A DNA stretch of 64,000 nucleotides from Betaproteobacteria bacterium (lineage in GTDB: Bacteria > Pseudomonadota > Gammaproteobacteria > Burkholderiales > JAHFQX01): the NCBI GenBank assembly GCA_023259135.1, contig JAHFQX010000011.1, positions 54 to 64,053 on the forward strand, in the 5' to 3' direction. The translations under genes were made by a program, and so were the position numbers. Shown in pieces: positions 31,020-38,636 of the stretch (the first letter of the stretch is position 1; every line of letters starts with the position of its first letter). Under the pieces are notes generated by a model, which did not search any database, was not told the origin of the DNA, and worked only from the letters and a program-made list of their open reading frames with translations.

Positions 31020-31331
31020 TCACTGACCCTGATTGCTCTTCACTATGCAAGAGCTCTCCACCCAAATTGAATGAAGCACACCTTCCTGGTCAGTGAATTC
31101 GAGCTCCGAATTACCTTGATCGTTGAATCCTCTAATCTCCAAGCGCTTTCCGATTTGTGCCTTTATCGCAATCTGGTCTTCGACCGGCAAATCTCGAAGT
31201 AAACCCTGACTCGCTTGCTCGAAGGTGACGAAATCGCCGAGCGTGAGCGACGTTCCATTTCGATCTACTGGCATAGAAGCTTCCAATCTCGCGTCAAATC
31301 TGAGCGTCTCAAGTATTAACTCCCGGCGCAC
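31020..31331 (-). CDS. Hypothetical small protein
   Basis: 103-aa ORF from a GTG start, or 84 aa from the ATG at 31272-31274 (MPVDRNGTSLTLGDFVTFEQ...ELEFTDQEGVLHSIWVESSCI). AT-richer. No family recognised with confidence. Confidence 0.4.
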   Translation of the reverse strand: MRRELILETLRFDARLEASMPVDRNGTSLTLGDFVTFEQASQGLLRDLPVEDQIAIKAQIGKRLEIRGFNDQGNSELEFTDQEGVLHSIWVESSCIVKSNQGQ

Positions 31332-31433
31332 TTACAGGGGATGTGTTTGGGCTGCATTCCGAGATTCCGAGTAGCCCTTCTTTTCGCTTCCTTAACGGCT
31401 TTCGGGCAGTTGGCCTCTGTAATAATAATAATA

Positions 31434-31496
31434 GGGGACAGACCACGGTTTCTTGCTACGGCAGACAGGCTGCCCTGAAAACCGTGGTCTGTCCCC
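31434..31496. repeat. REPIN-like doublet: two inverted copies of the island REP
   Basis: GGGGACAGACCACGGTTTC (31434-31452), a 24-nt spacer, then GAAAACCGTGGTCTGTCCCC (31477-31496). Can fold as a long hairpin. Preceded by an (AAT)4 tract. Confidence 0.85.
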
Positions 31497-31986
31497 TGTT
31501 TCCTGGTCCCTGGAGGCTGTAGGGCGCCGTGCCGTCGCTGCCGATCGGGCCGCCGTTCGCCAGGAATTCCACCTGCGCCACCGTACCGTCGGGATCGGCG
31601 GCGCTGGCGCTCAGGGTGATCGGGCTTCCGGCCTGATGAAGGCTTCCGGCGCCAGGGGCGGTGAGGGACACCGTGGGGGCCAGGTTGGTGCAGGGGAGGG
31701 CGCCCGCGCGCGCCCGAAACCGCACCCGCCCGCCCGAGGGAAGGCTGGCGTAGCTGAGGGTGACGACGCCGCTCGCGGTGAAGCCGTTCGCCATCGGGGG
31801 GTAATAGAAAAAAAGGTTCTGCTCGGCCTCCTGGTTGGTCCCCGTCTGCGACAGGCTTCCCGTGACCGATTGGCCGTTGAGACTGCTCACCGTGGCGGCC
31901 AGGATGGTCTGCGGGCCGATGCTCGCGTTGGTGCTCACGGCAAACTGCAGGCCATTGCCCGCCTCCATCCCCGAGGGGTAACTCAA
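31456..31986 (-). pseudogene. Fragment of a secreted protein with an Ig-like (bacterial Ig/chitinase-N type) domain, truncated at both ends
   Basis: GC-rich ORF with PTVSLTAPGAGSLHQAGSPITLSASAADPDGTVAQVEFLANGGPIGSDGTAPYSL. The last 18 codons are a translation of the REPIN. TTG pseudo-start with in-frame stops just upstream. Confidence 0.45.
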
Positions 31987-32040
31987 GCTCAGTAAATCAA
32001 TTCGAGCCTGGAACCTTTTTCGTTCTAGGCCGGGCGTCGA

Positions 32041-32283
32041 TTACTTTGTGTTCGCAGGACCTTTTGGTACATCTTTCGCAGAAGTCCCGCCAGGTTTCGG
32101 GACGATGGTAATCGCATCGGGAGGCGGTTTGTCACCAACCCGAGCAACCCAGACCGTTAGAACTACCGACGGAATAACGAACACTGCAAGCGCAAGCGCA
32201 ATGCGCAGCGGTAATCCGAACTTCGACATCAGGAAGAAGACGATAACTCCAAGAACAAAGAAGCCGACGTAAGCAAAGATCAT
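32041..32283 (-). CDS. Small two-TM membrane protein, hypothetical
   Basis: ATG at 32281-32283: MIFAYVGFFVLGVIVFFLMSKFGLPLRIALALAVFVIPSVVLTVWVARV, followed by a Lys/Pro tail. Confidence 0.45.
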   Translation of the reverse strand: MIFAYVGFFVLGVIVFFLMSKFGLPLRIALALAVFVIPSVVLTVWVARVGDKPPPDAITIVPKPGGTSAKDVPKGPANTK

Positions 32284-32401
32284 TGGCAAACCCCGCACTC
32301 TTTACGCACCTTAGGATCATTGGCGAGACGACCGTACTCATTCCTGACGCGCTCAGCCCAAGTCTGGCAGTTCCGGCCGATGATGCAATAAGACGGTAAC
32401 G

Positions 32402-32506
32402 GTGGAGTACTCCCCACAGCCTTACGCATACTCGACGCTGGGCTACGTCAGCCCGATGCAGTTCGAGAATAACTGGACCGCGGCACAGTTGAAGAAAGTC
32501 GCATAA
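32402..32506 (+). pseudogene. Degenerate 3' remnant of an IS3-family transposase (integrase C-terminus)
   Basis: VEYSPQPYAYSTLGYVSPMQFENNWTAAQLKKVA* resembles the ..YN..RPHS.LGY.SP..FE end of IS3 OrfB. A stop lies immediately upstream. Confidence 0.35.
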
Positions 32507-32547
32507 TGGTCCGGTTAAGAACTACGGAATTCAGGGGCAAGGTCAGC

Positions 32548-33099
32548 CTATTCCGGGTAGATCCGAACTTGCGAGAAACGAGCGCGCGACGCCGCGAGAA
32601 TCGCTCGCTCGGCTTTTGTATCAATCGAGTCGTCCAGCAGACCGCGAAGCTTCTTGGGCAGATCGTCGTTGTTGAGCATGAATCCGACCGTAGGCATTCG
32701 GTTGAAGACGACGAAGTAACCTGTGTCCGTTGGTTCGAGCTTCGCATTCCCATACCGCTTTTTCGCATCGCCAAGCCGCGAACCGAGGCCGATTCCATCC
32801 CTGTTGCGGCAAGCCGCATAGATGTCGATAAACACAACTCGCCCATCATTGCTCAGCGAGAAGGAGTAAAGCCTTTCACGCGATGGCAATTGAAGCACTT
32901 CGATTCGGCGCTGCGCGCCCTGGGTTGAGCGCTCTGCGACGCTGTAGTCCGCAGTAAACGCCTCTCGAATCTTCTGCTCCGGATCACCGATCTTTATCTG
33001 TGGTAACCCCTTTGGATCGAACACGCATTCGCCGCCGTAGACCCATGGCGGGTTCATAAGCACGAGGAGAGCGACCAAGGCTAGCTGAATCGTTCTCAT
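32548..33099 (-). CDS. Candidate periplasmic immunity protein for the RHS C-terminal toxin
   Basis: The ATG at 33097-33099 overlaps the toxin stop (ATGA). Signal peptide MRTIQLALVALLVLMNPPWVYG. 183 aa, no recognisable family. Confidence 0.55.
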   Translation of the reverse strand: MRTIQLALVALLVLMNPPWVYGGECVFDPKGLPQIKIGDPEQKIREAFTADYSVAERSTQGAQRRIEVLQLPSRERLYSFSLSNDGRVVFIDIYAACRNRDGIGLGSRLGDAKKRYGNAKLEPTDTGYFVVFNRMPTVGFMLNNDDLPKKLRGLLDDSIDTKAERAILAASRARFSQVRIYPE

Positions 33100-33917
33100 G
33101 GCGTACTCCGGATCTGCTGGCACACGCACTCGTCCGGCTCGATCTTTGGATTGAAACCATTTCTGAGATCAACGTGAACGTGCGCAGGGTAGTCCTTCGC
33201 CAAGACGAAGAATCCGCACTCTGCCGCTGCCCGGCGAAGCTTTGACTTCGATGGGGGTACGTGCACGTCTGCAGCAAGTCCTGTGAGGTGGTAACTCTTC
33301 GGCGCCGCCCCTGGCGTCCCAAGGTTCTGCCCAGGACCGCGCGTACCGCTGGACAGGTAGATTGTCGTATTCAGGCATGTGCTCATGCACTCGAGACCCA
33401 CCATGACAAGCGGATCTGGGAGGCCTGACGTCATGCCGCAACAAGTCTGTACCTCTCGGCCGTCCGGATCGAATGCCGAAATGGGCCGGCCAAGTGCGTA
33501 GAGGTAAAGGTTGGCTAGCTGCGTCGTAGCCGTGGATCCACTTGTCGTAGTAGTACCAATGCCGGCCGGGTCCGGCTGCGTGTAGCGCCCGAGGCCTGGG
33601 TCGTAGGCATCGCGCTCACCGTTATAGAAGAGGCCGGTTTCGCGATCCCGGCGCTGCCCCGGGAAGGCGAGGTCGAACTGGAACGTTCCTAGTCCTGACG
33701 GATTTTCGTCGGCGGGCGAGCCGCCGAACGGTTCTGTGTTGTCTGAACGCCAGACCAGCTGTTGCTGATCGTTATAGACTTGGCGCGGTGTCCCTAAATG
33801 ATCGGCGTGCACGAAGAAATACGCCGGCGCCGTCTGCACGTTCACCGGCACCAAGCGTATCGCATCCGCGATCACATAGAAGGAAGGGGTCAGGTCTTTC
33901 GTTATCACATTGCTCAT
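33096..33917 (-). CDS. RHS core C-terminal end plus polymorphic toxin domain (LAS/peptidase-M15-like), detached fragment
   Basis: YFFVHADHLGTPR...FPGQRRDRETGLFYNGERDAYDPGLGRYTQPDPAGI is the canonical Rhs core end with DPxGI, followed by linker NLYLYALGRPISAFDPDG. The toxin carries SYHLTGLAADV (S-x-H-x2-G-x-A-x-D) and AHVHVD. The first 11 codons (MSNVITKDLTP) are encoded by the inserted element. Confidence 0.75.
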   Translation of the reverse strand: MSNVITKDLTPSFYVIADAIRLVPVNVQTAPAYFFVHADHLGTPRQVYNDQQQLVWRSDNTEPFGGSPADENPSGLGTFQFDLAFPGQRRDRETGLFYNGERDAYDPGLGRYTQPDPAGIGTTTTSGSTATTQLANLYLYALGRPISAFDPDGREVQTCCGMTSGLPDPLVMVGLECMSTCLNTTIYLSSGTRGPGQNLGTPGAAPKSYHLTGLAADVHVPPSKSKLRRAAAECGFFVLAKDYPAHVHVDLRNGFNPKIEPDECVCQQIRSTP

Positions 33918-34850
33918 CTCCGGTCCGCTTCATAAGCCTTCACCAACCGGCTCACGGTCGTGTAGTGCACGCCGAAATGCTCTGCAATTGCCGCCATCGT
34001 ATGCCGACCGGACAAATAGGCAAGAGCAATGGCTTCGTCGCGCGCGTGCGCGGCGGCATAGTCGGACAGCGCACGCTTGAGTGCGCGGCGTTGCGTGCGC
34101 GGGATCTCTGTGAGCGAAGGTTTTTTGTCGACCCAAGCCTGCATTTTCGCGACGAACGCGTCCGAGCCGAGATAGACTTGCCCCTGCAATTGGCTCCACA
34201 CACTGGACAACCGCGCGCCCTCGCGGACAAAGGCCACATATTTCGCGATGGCGCGGGCACGCTGTGACGCGAATTGCGAAAGGGTGAAGTCAACTTGCAA
34301 CCACTCCGGCCTGGCCGCTTGCCCACAGGTGGCGGGGAAACTGCTCCACGGCCATTGATCGAGGCGCCGGACCCGCTTGGCGCGCAGCGGGTTCAGAACG
34401 ACGTAACGGGCAAGCTCCAGCAGATAGCGGTCCTTTTCCACCAGAATGGCTTTGTAGCGCCCTTGAAATACGTGTCCCACGCGCCCATGGCTGCGGTTGA
34501 ATCGCTGAGTGTACACCCCGTTCAACTGGCGCATGCCTTTCGAGAGGTTGGCATCCGGCGTTTCGATGAGTAGATGATAGTGGTTGGTCATCTGGCAATA
34601 GGCATGGCACGCCCAGTTGAAACGGGTGCAGACTTGAGCCAGAGTTTCAAGCCATGCCACGCGATCCTCATCGGACAGGAAAATGTCCTCGCGCCCGTCC
34701 CCGCGAGAAGTGACGTGATAGAGCGCGCCTGCGAGTTCCAGTCTTAGCGGTCTGGCCATGATGGGCTGGATAATAGCCGGGCGGATGTGATAATGAAAGA
34801 CCTGACCCCATTACCTGGTGTGACCCCATTACCGTGGTGACCCCATTACC
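33886..34850 (-). mobile_element. Y1-transposase element inserted in the rhs gene
   Basis: 23-bp inverted repeats with 1 mismatch: GGGGTCAGGTCTTTCGTTATCAC (33886-33908) and GTGATAATGAAAGACCTGACCCC (34787-34809). Three direct copies of TGACCCCATTACC at 34803-34815, 34821-34833 and 34838-34850. Confidence 0.7.
33914..34759 (-). CDS. IS200/RAYT-like Y1 (HUH) transposase with C-terminal DnaA-C-like HTH
   Basis: 281 aa: MARPLRLELAGALYHVTSRG, HUH motif QMTNHYHLLIE, Tyr region ELARYVVLNPLRA, WPWSS, and C-terminal LSGRHTMAAIAEHFGVHYTTVSRLV. Confidence 0.85.
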   Translation of the reverse strand: MARPLRLELAGALYHVTSRGDGREDIFLSDEDRVAWLETLAQVCTRFNWACHAYCQMTNHYHLLIETPDANLSKGMRQLNGVYTQRFNRSHGRVGHVFQGRYKAILVEKDRYLLELARYVVLNPLRAKRVRRLDQWPWSSFPATCGQAARPEWLQVDFTLSQFASQRARAIAKYVAFVREGARLSSVWSQLQGQVYLGSDAFVAKMQAWVDKKPSLTEIPRTQRRALKRALSDYAAAHARDEAIALAYLSGRHTMAAIAEHFGVHYTTVSRLVKAYEADRR

Positions 34851-36965
34851 CCGTGGAGAATCGCTGATGCCCGTCAGCCGGTGGGCGGCATCGTAGGCGT
34901 AGGTGAGCGAGGAGCCGTCGGGCAGCGTGACTTGCGTCAACTGTCCCACGCCGTCATAGGCGTAGCCCGTGGTCTCGCCGCCCACCGAGCGGGAGAGGAG
35001 CCGCCCGCGGGCGTCGTAGGCGAGCTGGGTGGTGAGCCCGTTGGGATCGACGATCGTCAAGGGCCGGCCATGGGGGTCGTAGGCGGGGATGCTCGTGGTG
35101 TGGCCGAGCGCGTTCGTCATCGTGGCCAGGTTGCCCCGCTTGCCGAGATCCGGATCGTCGGGGGGGTGGTAAGTGATGGTGGTGAGGTCGGCAACGTCGG
35201 TGCGGGGACCGTCCACGATCATTTGGGTAACCAGTCCTGGGGTCGTGGCTGAGTAGCTGGTGCTGTGGGTCCAGACCCGGCTTTTGCCGGAGGCGAGGTC
35301 GGTGACGGTCTTGCCGAGCAAGTTGCCCAGGGCATCGTAGGTCAAATCCGTGGTGCGCCCCGGCTCGGTGATGCGGGTCGGCAGCCGGAAGGTGGGGTGC
35401 CAGATCGTGCCAATGGTGCGGGCCTGGGGGGTGCCGGAGGCTTCGGTGCGGGAGGTTTCCAGGTCGGCTCGCCCATAAGCATCCGCTCTCTGATAGGTGG
35501 TCTGGATGCCGTTCCAGTCGGTACGCGAAGCGGTGAATCCGTTGGCGTCAAAGCTGCTGGCAGCAGGCCCGCAGCCGGGGCAGGCCGCACCGGCAATCGC
35601 CAGGGTGCGTACGCTGCCCAGCATGACCTGGAAACTGTATGTCCGGGTGGCGGATACCGTGGAGCTAATGGACTGAGTGACGGTGGAAATGCCGGGATCG
35701 TAGGCGACCGTCACCCGGTTCGCTCCTCCAGCGTGCTCGGAGAGGGTGGCGCGCCCCGCGCCATCGTAGCTCCAGGTCGCAAAGCGGTCACCGTTTTCGT
35801 CGGTAATGCCGGTCAGCGCATGGGGGAAGCCGGGATTCTCATAGTGGTAAATCCGGGTTTTGTTATCCGGATAGCGTATGGAAGCGAGGTGACCTTCCCC
35901 ATCGTAGCCCAAGGTGAATACCTCGCCTCCGGGAGCGGTAACAGTGGCGATTCGATCCTGGGCGTCGTAGCTAAAGGTCAGCGTTCCTCCGAGACTGTGG
36001 GTGACCGAGGCAAGCCTTCCCAGGGCATCATAGGCCAGCGCGTGGGTCAGCCCGGCCCGATTGGCGATGGCGGTTAACCGGCCATCGATGTCGTAGCTCT
36101 CGACCTCATCGTCTGGCGCGGGGGTATAGCGCCAGCCGGCCGGAGCACCCTGGGCGTCGGTCAATCGCTCTAAACGATCCGTGATGTCGGCATCGGGCAC
36201 CCAAGCGCCGCCATTCAGATTGAACAGCAAGGTGCGCCCGTCAGGGCGTCGCACATAAGCGGTACTGATCCCCGCCATGACAGAGAGCTTGATGGAGCGG
36301 TGGTAATTTCCGCGCCAACGCCAGCCTAGGCTCGCTTTGAGGGCTGAAGGGTGGCTGTTGTAGGTCCGCACGAAGCGCAGCGGAAATGGCCCCGCTCCTT
36401 GGTAGTCGGTCTCGACCTGTACCTTGTTGCCAGTGCCAATGTTGATCGGGTTGGTGCAATCGGAGGTGCAGTCGCTGCCATTGTTTTTTTGGGGATCGAG
36501 CGCGGTGTCGCTGAGCGTGCAGGTCCCATCGGCCCCGTTTTGCCACCACCCCGCAGGGCAAACGTTGGCTTTGACAATGATGCGATTTTGGAGGTAGATG
36601 CCAGCACCACACCCCGTTTCATAGCACGTGCAGCCGTAGTCCCAGCCCTCGGACGCGAAGGGGGGCGGAAGATCCGGTGAGACTCCGCAGTACTCAATGT
36701 GACGGATTGAAGTCGTTCCCGTCAGCCCCGACTGGTTTAGCGGGACCAAACCGCATAGGGTGCAGGCGCCGGCGTTAAGCGGGACCGGGATCGAGTCCGC
36801 GGGAACAAAGGTTTCAATGGCGATGGTGGCGGCGGACGCGGGGATCGCCCCGGCCAACGGGCTAAGCCACAGCGCAAGGCAGGCTACCCGGCGGAGATGC
36901 GCTCCAACGGCGCGCATGACGCAACTACCGTCGCCGACTGGGCGGGATGCGAGCGCAACTGGCAT
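34668..36965 (-). CDS. RHS/YD-repeat protein, N-terminal part (interrupted; RHS-derived only down to about 34853)
   Basis: Signal peptide (MRAVGAHLRRVACLALWLSPLAGAIPASA) and a Cys-rich N-domain, then repeated YD motifs (YDALGRL, YDAQDRI, YDGEGHL, YDGAGRA, YDALGNL, YDARGRL, YDGVGQL, YDAAHRL). The C-terminal about 60 codons translate element repeats. Confidence 0.85.
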   Translation of the reverse strand: MPVALASRPVGDGSCVMRAVGAHLRRVACLALWLSPLAGAIPASAATIAIETFVPADSIPVPLNAGACTLCGLVPLNQSGLTGTTSIRHIEYCGVSPDLPPPFASEGWDYGCTCYETGCGAGIYLQNRIIVKANVCPAGWWQNGADGTCTLSDTALDPQKNNGSDCTSDCTNPINIGTGNKVQVETDYQGAGPFPLRFVRTYNSHPSALKASLGWRWRGNYHRSIKLSVMAGISTAYVRRPDGRTLLFNLNGGAWVPDADITDRLERLTDAQGAPAGWRYTPAPDDEVESYDIDGRLTAIANRAGLTHALAYDALGRLASVTHSLGGTLTFSYDAQDRIATVTAPGGEVFTLGYDGEGHLASIRYPDNKTRIYHYENPGFPHALTGITDENGDRFATWSYDGAGRATLSEHAGGANRVTVAYDPGISTVTQSISSTVSATRTYSFQVMLGSVRTLAIAGAACPGCGPAASSFDANGFTASRTDWNGIQTTYQRADAYGRADLETSRTEASGTPQARTIGTIWHPTFRLPTRITEPGRTTDLTYDALGNLLGKTVTDLASGKSRVWTHSTSYSATTPGLVTQMIVDGPRTDVADLTTITYHPPDDPDLGKRGNLATMTNALGHTTSIPAYDPHGRPLTIVDPNGLTTQLAYDARGRLLSRSVGGETTGYAYDGVGQLTQVTLPDGSSLTYAYDAAHRLTGISDSPRGNGVTTVMGSHQVMGSGLSLSHPPGYYPAHHGQTAKTGTRRRALSRHFSRGRARGHFPVR

Positions 36966-37082
36966 GAAACCTCCCTAGGTCATTCAGCGCATCCGCTTCA
37001 TCTGAATGGCATGTTGGGTTAACTCCGTCGGATTCCAGCATGGTGATAGTGAGTTATCAAGCAAATTCGTCTTAGAGAGCGG

Positions 37083-38618
37083 TCAAGGCACCCGTTTCGA
37101 AAAATCCTTGGGTCTGATCCCGGTGAGCCATAAGCCAACCCAATAGACTATGGCCCCCAGCGGAACCAGCCACCCCAGCCGCCCGATCCGGCCGAACAGC
37201 GGCGCCGAGAGCCACCAATCCGCCGCCCCGGCCGCGGCCCACAGGGTGATCCCCATCAGGGCCAGGGCCGCTGTCACTTGCAGCAGAAATTTTCGCCAGC
37301 CTGGCTGGGGGCGATAAATTTCCGCCCGGCGCAGTTCCCGATACAACAGCCCGGCGTTGAGGCAGGCTCCCAGGCCGATGGCTAGCGCCAATCCCGCGTG
37401 CCGCAGGGACCAGATGAAAAGCAGATTCATGGCCTGGGTGGCCGCCAGGGTGATCAGGGCGATTTTCACCGGGGTCTTGATGTTCTGCCGGGCATAAAAA
37501 CCGGGGGCCAGCACTTTGACCAAAATCAGTCCGAGCAAGCCGATGCTGTAAGCCACCAGGGCTTGCCGAGTCATTTCCACATCCGCGACGCCGAACGCCC
37601 CATGGTGGAATAAAGTGGCGATCAGCGGAACCGCCAGCAACGCCAAGGCCAAGGCGGACGGCAGCGCCAGCAGCAAAGTCAGCCGCAGCCCCCAATCCAG
37701 CAGCCTGGAATATTCTTCCGTATCCCGGCTTGCATGATGCTTGGCCAGGGTGGGCAACAAGATGGTCCCCAGAGCCACCCCCAGCAAGCCTGTCGGAAAC
37801 TCCATCAGCCGGTCCGCGTAATACAGCCAGGAAACGCTGCCGTTGGCCAGAAACGAGGCGAAAACGGTGTTGATGAGCAAGCTGATTTGGCTGATGGAAA
37901 CGCCGAACACTGCCGGCCCCATGAGCCGGACGATGCGCCATACGCCTTCGTCGCGAAGATTCAGGCGCAGCCTGGGCAATAGCCCATGGCGCGCCAGAAA
38001 GGGCAACTGAAAGGCCAACTGCAATGCTCCGCCCAGCAAGACTGCCCAGGCCAGCGCCATGACCGGAGGATCGAAATAAGGCGCCAGCCCCAGGGCGAAA
38101 ACGATAAAAGAAACATTCAGCAACACCGGGGTAAAAGCCGGGACCGAGAACTTCCCATAGGTGTTGAGCAGTCCGGCGCAGAGCGAAACCAGGGAAATAA
38201 ACAAAATATAGGGGAAGGTGATCCGGAGCAGATCGACGGTGAGGGCTGCCTTTTCCGGGGTGGCGGCGAATCCCGGGGCCGTCAGGTAAACGATCTGCGG
38301 GGCGAGCAGGACGCCCAGGGCCGCAACCGTCAGCAGCGCCACCAGCAACAAGCTCGCCACGTGGCCGACCAGTTCCAGGGTGGCGCTCGACCCGCGCCGG
38401 TTCTTGTATTCCGCCAGGATGGGAACAAAGGCCTGGGAAAAAGCCCCTTCGGCGAACAGCCGGCGGAGCAAATTGGGAATGCGGAAAGCGACAAAGAAGG
38501 CATCGGTGGCGGCGCCGGCTCCGAAGGCCCGGGCGATGGCGGCATCCCGGATAAAACCGAGAATCCGGGACAGCAAGGTATAACCGCTGACGGTGGCCAG
38601 GGCTTTGAGGAGATTCAT
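37083..38618 (-). CDS. murJ: Lipid II flippase MurJ (MviN)
   Basis: 511 aa: MNLLKALATVSGYTLLSRILGFIRDAAIARAFGAGAATDAFFVAFRIPNLLRRLFAEGAFSQAFVPIL. Confidence 0.95.
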   Translation of the reverse strand: MNLLKALATVSGYTLLSRILGFIRDAAIARAFGAGAATDAFFVAFRIPNLLRRLFAEGAFSQAFVPILAEYKNRRGSSATLELVGHVASLLLVALLTVAALGVLLAPQIVYLTAPGFAATPEKAALTVDLLRITFPYILFISLVSLCAGLLNTYGKFSVPAFTPVLLNVSFIVFALGLAPYFDPPVMALAWAVLLGGALQLAFQLPFLARHGLLPRLRLNLRDEGVWRIVRLMGPAVFGVSISQISLLINTVFASFLANGSVSWLYYADRLMEFPTGLLGVALGTILLPTLAKHHASRDTEEYSRLLDWGLRLTLLLALPSALALALLAVPLIATLFHHGAFGVADVEMTRQALVAYSIGLLGLILVKVLAPGFYARQNIKTPVKIALITLAATQAMNLLFIWSLRHAGLALAIGLGACLNAGLLYRELRRAEIYRPQPGWRKFLLQVTAALALMGITLWAAAGAADWWLSAPLFGRIGRLGWLVPLGAIVYWVGLWLTGIRPKDFSKRVP

Positions 38619-38636
38619 GGAAACGATGTCCGCCGG

